From Craspedostauros australis (Eukaryota): 20,000 nt of DNA. The position numbers were made by a program, and so were the translations under genes. Below the pieces are notes generated by a model. That model was not told the origin of the DNA. It did no database searches and was given only the letters and a program-made list of their open reading frames with translations. This document shows, in pieces, positions 1 to 9,750 of this stretch (within the stretch, counting starts at the first letter, position 1; each line of letters opens with the position of its first letter). Location: NCBI GenBank assembly GCA_030167865.1, contig JALAGF010003459.1, positions 55,533 to 75,532 of the forward strand, written 5' to 3'.

Positions 1-49
1 ACAGGACTCTCACTAGCATCAGGAGCAGGAATCGCAAGCCAAGTGCCAT
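1..49 (-). CDS. Possible 5' end of a secreted or targeted protein running off the window (MALGLRFLLLMLVRVL...)
   Basis: ATG at 49 on the minus strand opens a signal-peptide-like hydrophobic stretch that is open to the window edge. Only 16 codons are visible. Confidence 0.25.
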   Translation of the reverse strand, partial: MALGLRFLLLMLVRVL

Positions 50-2405
50 CAACAAAGAGGTGAGTCGATCGCGCTCAACGATTGGTGGTCCTGGCTTGTA
101 CGAGTACGATCTATGATGCCCGATGTCAACAGATGGGATTGACTGCGGGAGGCCAGCTCAGAGAGGAGGAATCGTCGCGAAGCACCGACACTTGCGACGC
201 TTTTTGGCTCTCCACGTTGTTTGTATCGGGTCGGTCCGGATCGTGGCTGATCTTGGTTCTTCTTATGCGGTCGCCGATACTGGGGTTCCTGCAAGAATCG
301 GAGGTGACGACGGTGCTGTTGCTAACGACAAAAGCACCAATGGCTTGTGGAGGATAGAGCGCGCAGTCGTTCGATTACACCACAGTTGATCAGTGGTCAC
401 AAACAAGAAGGTGGGCAAGTGAAATCGCACCAGTGCGGAATTGGTGTCCGTACGATGATACGCCGAAGTAGTCGGCAAGGGGGAGCGTCAGAACCACCCA
501 CGCTGGAGAGCCGAGCGTGGCTTTCCGACAGAATCTGCCGAGCGAAGAGCACTGAAAGATCGCAGAAAACGAAGGGAAGGTGTGATGTGGCGGTTACAAA
601 TCCACGGTTCGGCACCTTTCGTTGTCGCTCTCGTGCTATCTCCATACCTCGCTTCGGTTCATCTTTGGCCGCGAACGCGTGGCGGGATGATTCTGTCAAC
701 CGCAAAGCGCGGCGATTTGCCCATCTCGGTACACGAGAGAAAAGACCTAACATCGGTACTAGCGATTGGCTGCATCACAGAATCAACAACAGGTCGTGGA
801 TTTTGTGACAAGGGCGACATCACAACATGCACCACGCAGACACCAATGGGGACGCGTCAGCAGATTGCAGCATTGCGTGTGGGGAGCGAGAAACAGATGT
901 CACATAAGTGGACCCTGGCGTTTGTCGTTCCACGTCATGGGTGGACGTTTCGTCATACGGGAGAATTTCCGAGCCCATAAGTACGAGTGCCACATGCTCC
1001 AAGCTGGAGCCAGCTGCGAAATCCATTTGGTCGTGAGACTTCCTTGTCTCACCCAAACTCCACAATTTCAATTTCTCCACACGCACAACGACAACAAACT
1101 AAGTGCGAAGCAACCGTATCTGGAGAACGAAAATGCAGAAACCCAAGTACAGAGCAAGACAAGCAGACGCAGCCCGTGTTCATGCATGACGGATCAACCG
1201 ACGGAAGTCTCCGTATCTTACCCAAGCGAGCTACGTTGAACGTTCTGGAGAAAGCCAAATCTGGCAAAGTGTAATGTAATACGGCCTATAGGTTCCACAC
1301 CCTTGCGTACCAACGAACCGCTCTCGCGATGTGTACCAAATCCGAATCCTCTGCTGGTATCCCAAACCCTCATTGTGTCGGGAGGTCCGTGCGACCACGT
1401 GGTGGCGTCTTCGTCACCATCCCTGCCACTGCGAATCAATTCCAAGAGAGATAGAGGAATCTGTGTTGGGACGGCGCGACAGCGGATGGTACGACTGCTA
1501 TCTACGAACATGAGTTTGGATGCTTGCGAGCGGCCCAGCGGAAACGAAAGTGGCCGAGCACAAACTTCGCCGCTCTTGAATTCAAGGAAGCGAACGATCG
1601 GCAAGACTGCCAATACCACACCATCCAGAGCTACGCGTGTCCACACATTCAAGTAGGCGCCTGCAGCGTGAGAACGGGGGTGTGAGCAGTTTCACTTCTG
1701 GTGGTTATCAGAGTGGTTCGCAAGTGGTTTCAGAAACATCAAAGATTTATGAACACGTGGTGCTCATGATGTAGGAGATGTGGCACTGTCGAATGGCGTC
1801 ACGATCGAAAGGCACACAGAATCCTACAAAAGCCCCGTTACAAGAAAATCCTTGAAAACTAGTCTTGTGTTGGGAAGGCGATCGCTAACGACGTTCCAGA
1901 GTGCATCATTCCATCAGTTACTTCAACAATGTGAAGGGCGACGACGTTGATGTTGTCGGTTGTCGCGCTGCTCACGTCAGTCATTCACGGAGGAACAGGA
2001 CTCATCGTCGTTTTCACCATTGTCGTCGCGACTCAACCCAAGACCTCAAGGGTACGCACATCGAGACATGGGCCGTATGCAGAGATAGAGGAGACCGCGG
2101 CAACGGCAACAATGATGCTAACAACAAATGGAGATGCTTGTGTGTCGGACCCGGCTACTATGCCAATCATTGATCCTCTCTTTTCCTGATACCCTGTCAA
2201 AGTTGATCCAACCCACAAAGGTTTGTTTGCATCATCCTGTTACGAAAATGGTTCCGTGTTGTATTGGTGCTGTAGGCCGTAACAGGAAAACTCTGTTGGA
2301 TGCCGCAAAGCCAATGACTTGCAGCTGCTACTATACATCCTACGCGGAATCTTTGGCTGATGGAATACAATGCATTCGAGCTTCCGTTCACACCATACAA
2401 GCTAG

Positions 2406-2433
2406 AAGTGCAAGTGCAAGTGCAAGTGCAAGT
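2406..2433. repeat. (AAGTGC)4 hexanucleotide microsatellite downstream of the MATE stop codon
   Basis: Read directly: aagtgc x4 followed by aagt. Confidence 0.85.
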
Positions 2434-2554
2434 ACTCTATTTTCCATTCGGCCTTATCTAACCAAATGGATCCTTTTGTTCTGTCCATGTATGTTCGATA
2501 CTTCCACCTGCAGCCACCATCCTCGCATCACTGCCAGTACGCCCCTCCACTAGT

Positions 2555-4321
2555 TCATGCGTTGCCGTTCGCGGGTGCTTTGCTCTCTTTCGACCTTCTA
2601 CCTCTCGCCAGCGGCCCCAGCTTCAAGTAATGCCAGGCAACGCCGACGCCTTGGATGAGCGTGAAAATGACCTCGATTGCAAAGATCGCGCCGATGCTCT
2701 TTTGAGCGAATGGCAGGCGCAGCATTCCGACCAACGCGGCGGTGCTCGCCGCCGTGATGACGGCCAGGTCGCGGAACTGGCTCATGCCGAGCATTGCTCC
2801 TTCGCCGGCAAAGACGGGGCCGTTCAAGATATGCAGCAGCGCTGCGATCATGCCCGGCGTTTTCACCGCTTGCTGCACCTCCGGGATGGGGGAGAACATG
2901 GGGACCAGGAATGGCAAGGCCAGCAGCTGGAGGGCGGCAAGCACCAGGCCAACGATCATGCTCCATGAAAAGATGCGATCCCCGATCTCGACTGCCTTGT
3001 CGTCACCCTCCTTGGCTCTGGTTGCAGGGATTAGCGCGGCGGCGGTGCCCTGGATGGCGATGTGCACCACGATACCAACGGAGTAGAGCTGATTCACAAT
3101 GCCGAACGCCGCCGCTGAAATGCCGGACGGGTCCATGACTTGCGCTCGGCGGGCAGCGGAGATGATAGCGATGTTGATGGCGGCCTGTCGAGACAGCATG
3201 GAGATGCCTCCCTTCAGGATGGGGAGCAGGGCCTTCATTTTCGGTGGCTGCACCAGCTTGCGCACTGTGGCGAGCTTCCGCCGCACCAGCAGCCGGATGT
3301 AGACCATGCCGGACATCGTTTCCGATGCGGCAGTGGCCAACGCCGCTCCGATGAAGCCCAGGTTGAATGGTGGGAAGACCATCATGGGGTCCAGCACGAG
3401 GTTCAACGCATTGGCAGCCAGCGACACCTTCAACGGCGTCACGGTGTTCAGCAGACCACGGTACGCGGCGAATCCGGTCGCCGACGTGAGCGCTGGGATC
3501 ATGCTGAGACCTCGCAACCGCAAGTACGGCACGGCGTACTTCATGGCCGGTGCACCGCTTGGCAAAACCATCTTGAGGATGGACTCCGGAAACAGAACCA
3601 ATGCGATCGTTCCGAGCCCACCGAAGAGGTTGGACAGAAAGAGGCTCTCGCATACGCGATCTTGCGCCTTGTCGAGATCGCCCGATGCAACGGCTTCCGC
3701 CACGAGCGGTGCAGTGATGGTGGGGACGAAGGCGACCAGGAAGTACAGCGTGAAGAACGCGGAGTTGGCGGCGGATTGACCCGCGAGTGCAAGGGCGATG
3801 CCCATTCTCCCGACCCAGAAGGTATCCACGGCATTCACCAACGGCACGACGGCAAGGTTGACCATGCTGGGGATCGCCGTGGAGAGAATGAGCTTGTCAT
3901 TGGCGTTGTTGTTGGGCAGGGCGGCTCGCAGTCTCGACTTCTGTGGAGCGGCTGAATCGGATGGTGTCACGGGCTTGGCTGCCTCAGCACCGTTCACGGC
4001 AGCGCTATCGATATCATTTCTTGCATTAACTTGATCATCAGTATTTGTATTGGTATCGGTACTGTCTTCCGCCTTGGCTGGGACGTCAGCTTCGTTCGTA
4101 GTCTGTTGCTTTTCCCACAATTGGGTGCTTCCCAACGACCGTGATCCGGAGAGGCTCGATGGCACAGTCCTGATCCTGTTACCAATCGCAATCTTGTTGC
4201 TTTCTCGCCGATGCTCCGTTGCGCGTGGCTGCCGCACCGAATAACGCCGAACTGACAACGATGTCGATTGCTCGATTGTGCAGAGCCACACTGCGGAGGC
4301 GGCGATCAAGTGGTTCCTCAT
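2555..4321 (-). CDS. MATE family (DinF-like) multidrug/toxin efflux transporter, about 588 aa, possibly plastid-targeted
   Basis: Uninterrupted ORF. The first in-frame ATG is at 4321 (the ORF track starts at a GTG at 4357) and the stop is TGA at 2555-2557. It has typical MATE/DinF segments (AIPSMVNLAVVPLVNAVDTFWVGRMG, YRGLLNTVTPLKVSLAANALNLVLDP, LGFIGAALATAASE) and many hydrophobic helices. The N-terminus MRNHLIAASAVWLCTIEQSTSLSVRR followed by an R/S-rich stretch resembles a signal plus transit peptide (inference). Confidence 0.93.
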   Translation of the reverse strand: MRNHLIAASAVWLCTIEQSTSLSVRRYSVRQPRATEHRRESNKIAIGNRIRTVPSSLSGSRSLGSTQLWEKQQTTNEADVPAKAEDSTDTNTNTDDQVNARNDIDSAAVNGAEAAKPVTPSDSAAPQKSRLRAALPNNNANDKLILSTAIPSMVNLAVVPLVNAVDTFWVGRMGIALALAGQSAANSAFFTLYFLVAFVPTITAPLVAEAVASGDLDKAQDRVCESLFLSNLFGGLGTIALVLFPESILKMVLPSGAPAMKYAVPYLRLRGLSMIPALTSATGFAAYRGLLNTVTPLKVSLAANALNLVLDPMMVFPPFNLGFIGAALATAASETMSGMVYIRLLVRRKLATVRKLVQPPKMKALLPILKGGISMLSRQAAINIAIISAARRAQVMDPSGISAAAFGIVNQLYSVGIVVHIAIQGTAAALIPATRAKEGDDKAVEIGDRIFSWSMIVGLVLAALQLLALPFLVPMFSPIPEVQQAVKTPGMIAALLHILNGPVFAGEGAMLGMSQFRDLAVITAASTAALVGMLRLPFAQKSIGAIFAIEVIFTLIQGVGVAWHYLKLGPLARGRRSKESKAPANGNA

Positions 4322-4820
4322 TTTGATGCCTCTCGATTTTGTCTGTTCTCGCAGCACGTGATGGGTGGAATGTTTGTTGCTGCGGCTGTTACTGATGGAG
4401 ACGCGTGAGTGAGTAGATCTTGATGTCAGTGCGTAGAGTCAGCCGGAGCCAGTCTGCACGTGCGATGGAAGAGCAGAAGAGTCGAAGGTGTGTATGGTAT
4501 AGTGCCATACAGATAGAAATGTGTGGGCGTTGTCCACCTCCCGTAACAACGTCATGTTGACGGAGCGTTGATTGAAAGTTTTGTTGGTGTTGTGTCGGTC
4601 TCATTTTTCTTTCTTCATTTTCGCCTGCGTCATTGTTCTCACAAAATTGGACCACTTCGATTACATCAACAAAGTTGTTTGTTGTACTAAAAGGGGGAAT
4701 CGACATCCACCCCTAATATTACGGGGAAATGAAAGCTGGATCGTTCCCCGCCCCTAATACTCGTCATCATTCAAATCTTTGTCGCCACAAATCGACGCAT
4801 CAAATTACTGTTTGGGACGT

Positions 4821-4887
4821 CCAATCCATCAACCAATCGACCAACAAAGCAATCGACCAACCAAGCAATCGACCAACCAGCCAAGCC
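4821..4887 (+). repeat. Degenerate CAATCGACCAAC tandem repeat (3 copies) in the divergent intergenic region between MATE and the RibD-like relic
   Basis: ccaatccatcaac-caatcgaccaac-aaag-caatcgaccaac-caag-caatcgaccaac-cagccaagcc, which includes CCAAT words. Confidence 0.7.
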
Positions 4888-5045
4888 ACGAAGCAGCATC
4901 CATCGGCAAGAGTTGCGCCTTCCCATGGATCTGCTCCTCTCACATCACCATCTTCATCCTCCAACTGTCACCATGATGGAGCACAAGCACGAACATCCAC
5001 ATTGAGGCATGGCCGTTGGCCCTCAATCGCGTAGGAACCAAGATA

Positions 5046-5465
5046 ATGGTGCTCGCCATCACTTGTATGGTACCACAACAGATCTGTCCAAGCTCATCCA
5101 CCACTTCTTTACCTCGCGCGGCCGTCATGCCTGGCGAGGAGGAACATGGAGATAACAATCGCAGCGACAACGACGAAAGCGACACCAACACTGCTGGCAA
5201 TCACTTCGTTCAAGGCGTCGCCTTGGAGATCGCCGTTGATCAGAGTGGGGCGGTGGCGAACAAATCAGCAGGAGTGTTCACACGCTTCACACGCGGCGAC
5301 AACCTGTGCATGGTGCATCGATTGCGCCGTATGCCAGCCGCAGCACAACCTCCTCGCGTGGTGTTTGAGAATCAGAGCAGCGAAACTTCGGAGGTTGGCA
5401 CGATCGAATGGTGGTCGTCGCCTGAATTGGATTGGCCTGATTCAGATCTTTCCAGATGGCCGTGA
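5046..5465 (+). pseudogene. Degenerate RibD C-terminal (pyrimidine reductase/DHFR-fold)-like relic, apparently with an internal deletion and a truncated C-terminus
   Basis: GVALEIAVDQSGAVANKSAGVFTRFTRGDNLCMVHRLRR (5214-5330) resembles the RibD_C start VTLKxAxSLDGxxA...S.WIT..ES...VHxLR. QPPRVVFE resembles the QPxRVVLD motif. The intervening DAILVGxGTV..DxPxLxVR segment and the C-terminal xEGG motif are absent. Confidence 0.6.
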
Positions 5466-5655
5466 GATGTGCATGACAGGAGTACCTTGCGCATTCCTCA
5501 GCACCAACGGATACAAGTCACGAATATGAATGTGCCCAACACTTGTGGTCTGACGACATGGTAGCTCAATACGCGATGCGGCATGTGCCACACCGGAATC
5601 TAAGGTTCACATGCATTGGGTTGTGCTACCATATGTTTACTACGCTGCGACGACT

Positions 5656-8600
5656 TCATGAAATGTCCGTCAGCACGGAATCCTCGTCACCATCATCCAC
5701 ATCTTCAGCATATCCACTCCAGTGGGTGCTTGGCCCTCCATCAACACTTTCCTTCGCCGTCGAAGTCTTTGTGCCGTTTGTTGTTGAGTTCCTACCTGAA
5801 ATCGTCGGCGCACCAGCATGTTCCGGGGAGTGTACAGTCGCTAAGTCAAAGTTGATTGACGTTTGATGCTGAGGCGTGAACTCAATCGTCTTCTCTCCAA
5901 AGATGCTATTCCTGGCGGATCTCTTGACCTGCTCATTGTTGATATAATTGCCACGTTTGGTGCGCAAGTCGTCACACTTGGCACCTGCACCCCAGGCCTG
6001 ATAGAACTCCATTGCTCGGGTGAAGTATTCACGTGCCAGATCATCGCCATCGATGCTGGACCTCAGTATGTGCTCGCCTGCCATCTCGCATGCCAATCCG
6101 GCCTCGTGGATCTGGCCGTTGCGCTGGGAGAGGTCGATTGTCTTGTCATAGCACTGACGGACGTAGGTTGGCATAGTTGTGCTGGAAGTGATGGACTTCG
6201 CCTCTGCTCTGAGGAGTAGGTATCGGTTCAGCACGATCTTGCCCTTGGTGTCGCATATCTTCTTGAGTTGTTTCTTGCATTTGCGGAGCAGGTTTGCGTA
6301 CTTGCGTTGATTTGTCTGCCAGTATCGGTTGGAGGCCATCAGTCCAACGAAGAGTGGGATCGTGGTTTGTGAAGTGAAGTCGTTGCCTACCATTTTGGCT
6401 GCCATCATTTTGTCATAAACGATCTCTGCAAGTTCATATCTGCCAAGGTAAGTGGCAAGGAACAGGTGCCTCCAGTAGACAGCGATGCCGGAGAGGTGGT
6501 TGACGTTGTCATGCCCATTCACGTTTGTGAAATTCTGCCAATCAATCGAGAGTGTACCTGCGATTTGCTTGGCGCTGTTGCTGTACTCTCTCGTGGTATG
6601 CTTATGCGAGCTGACCTTCAACGCTTTTTCTTGTTCCAAGACTGAATCGATGTTGGGCAACAGGGTCGCAAGAGGATAACCCTGGACGAAAGCGTAGACG
6701 ATGCTCCCAAAACGCCCCAAAACACCGACCTCGAAATTCCCCGCCGACATCGCTTCCATGCTCGCAGTCCGAAAGTCTTGCGCAATCTCCGAGGGCGACT
6801 TGTAGAATGGATCAATGAATGATGCTGCCATCAAATACACCGTCCCATTGGCGGTGCTGGGAGTGCTGGCCTTGTCAACAATAGCTTTTGCCAGCTCGAT
6901 GTATCTCCGAGCGCTCTTGGGATCTCCAAGGCTATTGTATACTGTCGCCAGGATGGCAAAGCCATAGCCTGACTCCCCGCGAAATCCTACGCGCCTCGTG
7001 TAGTTGATCATGCGCACCACCCCTAACAAGCACGATATCGTGTCGTTGCTGATGAAGCCGCGAGTTATGATGTTGTACAGCAGCAAGATCGATGCCACAT
7101 GTTTTGGATTTGTCACAATCGGGGTTCGTCGCAAGAATTCCTCATTGGAGACACGGCGGAAGTATGACCTCAGCGACATCATCTGGCGAGCAACATGAAG
7201 CAAGTACCCGCGCTTGGGATACACGCCACATAGCTGCGCGGCCTTCTCGCTCAGTCGCAGTGCTTGGGCGTGCTCGCCTTGATGGCCCAGAGCCTTTCCC
7301 ATTGTGGCGTATGTAGGAAGTCTGTCATCGATGGATGTGGCACGCTCCACAACTTCGTTGCCAATTGCGAAGCCTTGCTCATAGTTGCGCAGCAAGAGTT
7401 CGATGTCGCATTGACTGCGAAGCAATCGAAGCACCAAGTCGTAGTGGTCCTCCCAAGGATCGCCCTTCAGCTTGCGGAGGGCTGTCGATGCATGCCGGAG
7501 GTACGTCGCAGCAGGCGAAAGAGCGGCCATTTGCAGCGCATGCTCGCCCGTTTGAAGATTGCGCTGCAACGTTTCTAAATGATCCTTGCTGGCCACACAG
7601 TTCAGATGGTCCGTCGCTATGAACATGAAACTGGCGTCGTTGCCAGCCGAAGTGCGCGCACGAGTTGTGGCAGAAGAGTTCTGCAGACTACGACTGTGGC
7701 TGAGTGATGGATCTGTGCACAGCTCCCACAGACATCGCCCGATACGCAGCCGGAGCTTGGTGCGGAGTTCCCCAATCGCAACCAGTCCCCGGGCTGCCTC
7801 CTGAATGCGATCATGAGCGAAGCGGTAGGTGGTTCCGCCGATAGCATTGTGCAAGAGACCTTCGAGCACGGCTTGCTCCAGCAGCTCGGAAAGGTCGCTG
7901 CCGCGTTCGTTCGCAACAAGCGCAGGGCCGGAATGGGCACGGCTGACAGCACTTTCGATGATATCATCACTGGCGCGATTGTGGCCCTCTTCGTAGTCCA
8001 GCACGATCTGCAGCAAATCAGAATCGAACGATGATCTGATGTACGATGCGATGGCCAGCGCCTTCTGCAAGGCGACAGGCAAAGTCTTCATCTGGGATGA
8101 GATGAGACGGATGACGTCTCTTGGGTCGGTCGATGATGATGAACCGAAGTCTGAGACCCCGTCGGTGTCAAACTCGTCATCCAGCTCCCATTTGGACATG
8201 ATGCGGTTGTACTTGAGGATGGTCTTGCGCTCCATATCCTGGAGCAGCTGTACGGAATGGAAGATGTTGCCGTTGGTTTGTTTGTAGAGGTAGTCAGCGA
8301 TCTTGGCTGTGACAGCTGTGCCATCTTCGTCGTCGCCGTTCGCTACTGGTATGCCAGCATCGACGGTGCTGTGCCGGTGAAGGAGTTGGGTCAACCATAA
8401 GTGGAGCTGTTGTTTCGTGAAGTTCGCAATGTGGATGTTGGTGTACGGTGGTTTCAGAGTGCCGTCGTCATTATCAACTTCATCATCTTCACCGTCGTCG
8501 TTGCCGTCGTCCTGGTCAACGCACTGCGATGCATCATCTTGCGACTCATTCACCTGGGCTTGACGCATCTCACTCAGAAGCTTCATGAACGGGACCTGGG

Positions 8601-9750
8601 GATCCAGATCCAACAGCTCAGTTGGCGAGTGGGGATTGTAGTCTTGTCGGATCGTACCGATCCAAAGGAAGTTGGCATGATTCATCGTGGTGGACATGAG
8701 CTCCATGCTCTGCTGGGATGCCCATTGCAGATCATCGAGCACCAGTATCATTGGGGATGCCTTCGACGAGATGGCGGTCAAGAGCTGGGAGAAGGCGTAC
8801 TGGAATCTGTTCCAGATGGTGTCGTTGGCGGTGATCTGAGAGGAAACCGCTTCAGATCGTGACTGGGATTGGGACTTCGCATTTGGCGATTGGTCGCTGT
8901 TGTCGTTGTTGATGAGGATGGAGAGCGATGGCACGAAAGACAGCAGAAGGTTGATCTGTTCGGATGTCAACGTGCTTGCCTTCACCTGGGACCTCAGCCG
9001 CTGTAAATCCGTTGTGCCCGCACAAGCACTGGTGTTGGATTTGCGGCTCTTGGTTGCGAGGTGGTTGTCTGTATGCGGTGCGGTAGAAGTGGCCAGCGCA
9101 TTGCACCATCCTGAAAATGCCTGCGTGATGGCGGAGTAGGGATCGTTCTGCTGGTGCTGTTCGAACTTTCCCTTGAGGATACGAATGCCCATGCCGGCGG
9201 CCTTGTTCAGTTGTTTGTTGCGAATCTGCTTGCAAAAGGCGTCCACGAGATGTGACTTGCCGGTTCCGCTTCCACCCCAGACGAACGCGGCCGGGATGGA
9301 TGGTGAAGCGTCATTGTTGTTCGATCTAGCTTTGTGGGTACAGGCAGGGGTGGAAGAAGAAGATGATGATGACGCTGTTGATGGCAGGGTGGAAACAGTC
9401 GATGATGCCGGGGAAGTAACAGTGCCTTTGCGCACGATCTGATTGAAGACTTGATGTAGCGTTTTCAACTCCTGATCTCTACCGTAACAGCTGGTGGCAT
9501 TGCCATCTCCGTGGCCGTCCCCATGGCCGTTGCCGCGACCGCATTCATAGCTCTTCTTGAAGAAGATCTGGGGTGCGTCAACACTTCTTCGAACGTCATG
9601 GTGTCGATGATCATCTGTACGAGTATTGCTGGGCGATGCAGTCATGCCATGCATCGCAGAACGCGCCATGGTGGACTTGCCCTTTGATGACACCGATGAT
9701 GCCGCTGAGGCTGCATCGGACTTGTGGGCGCGGTTTGCAGTGCCTGTCAT
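5656..9750 (-). CDS. Large STAND-class P-loop NTPase (COG3899/AAA_16-type predicted ATPase) with C-terminal TPR-like helical region, 1364 aa
   Basis: Uninterrupted ORF from ATG to TGA. Motifs: YGRDQELKTL (GRxxE), Walker A GGSGTGKS (about 9253-9276), GKFEQ..PYSAITQAF, Walker B ILVLDDLQWAS (about 8715-8750), TNGNIF, YRFAHDRIQEAA (about 7793-7828) and C-terminal FYQAWGAGAK. These are hallmarks of the ATPase module of bacterial STK-AAA-GAF-HisK proteins. Confidence 0.9.
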   Translation of the reverse strand: MTGTANRAHKSDAASAASSVSSKGKSTMARSAMHGMTASPSNTRTDDHRHHDVRRSVDAPQIFFKKSYECGRGNGHGDGHGDGNATSCYGRDQELKTLHQVFNQIVRKGTVTSPASSTVSTLPSTASSSSSSSTPACTHKARSNNNDASPSIPAAFVWGGSGTGKSHLVDAFCKQIRNKQLNKAAGMGIRILKGKFEQHQQNDPYSAITQAFSGWCNALATSTAPHTDNHLATKSRKSNTSACAGTTDLQRLRSQVKASTLTSEQINLLLSFVPSLSILINNDNSDQSPNAKSQSQSRSEAVSSQITANDTIWNRFQYAFSQLLTAISSKASPMILVLDDLQWASQQSMELMSTTMNHANFLWIGTIRQDYNPHSPTELLDLDPQVPFMKLLSEMRQAQVNESQDDASQCVDQDDGNDDGEDDEVDNDDGTLKPPYTNIHIANFTKQQLHLWLTQLLHRHSTVDAGIPVANGDDEDGTAVTAKIADYLYKQTNGNIFHSVQLLQDMERKTILKYNRIMSKWELDDEFDTDGVSDFGSSSSTDPRDVIRLISSQMKTLPVALQKALAIASYIRSSFDSDLLQIVLDYEEGHNRASDDIIESAVSRAHSGPALVANERGSDLSELLEQAVLEGLLHNAIGGTTYRFAHDRIQEAARGLVAIGELRTKLRLRIGRCLWELCTDPSLSHSRSLQNSSATTRARTSAGNDASFMFIATDHLNCVASKDHLETLQRNLQTGEHALQMAALSPAATYLRHASTALRKLKGDPWEDHYDLVLRLLRSQCDIELLLRNYEQGFAIGNEVVERATSIDDRLPTYATMGKALGHQGEHAQALRLSEKAAQLCGVYPKRGYLLHVARQMMSLRSYFRRVSNEEFLRRTPIVTNPKHVASILLLYNIITRGFISNDTISCLLGVVRMINYTRRVGFRGESGYGFAILATVYNSLGDPKSARRYIELAKAIVDKASTPSTANGTVYLMAASFIDPFYKSPSEIAQDFRTASMEAMSAGNFEVGVLGRFGSIVYAFVQGYPLATLLPNIDSVLEQEKALKVSSHKHTTREYSNSAKQIAGTLSIDWQNFTNVNGHDNVNHLSGIAVYWRHLFLATYLGRYELAEIVYDKMMAAKMVGNDFTSQTTIPLFVGLMASNRYWQTNQRKYANLLRKCKKQLKKICDTKGKIVLNRYLLLRAEAKSITSSTTMPTYVRQCYDKTIDLSQRNGQIHEAGLACEMAGEHILRSSIDGDDLAREYFTRAMEFYQAWGAGAKCDDLRTKRGNYINNEQVKRSARNSIFGEKTIEFTPQHQTSINFDLATVHSPEHAGAPTISGRNSTTNGTKTSTAKESVDGGPSTHWSGYAEDVDDGDEDSVLTDIS

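Noticed and set aside
1218-1652. 144-aa minus ORF containing VWDTSRGFGFG, reminiscent of the cold-shock-domain RNP1 motif
   Set aside because: The downstream (V/I)FVH RNP2 motif is missing, the start is non-ATG and nothing else matches. It is probably coincidence or unrecognisable decay.
60-2400. Numerous 60-160 aa ORFs on both strands
   Set aside because: No recognisable domains, mostly non-ATG starts, and expected by chance at this GC content.
4710-4726. Imperfect palindrome CCCCTAATATTACGGGG upstream of MATE
   Set aside because: Short and single, so there is insufficient evidence for a regulatory site or hairpin RNA.
4821-4887. CRISPR-like interpretation of the CAATCGACCAAC repeats
   Set aside because: The units are only 12 nt with 4-nt spacers, the context is eukaryotic and there are no cas genes.
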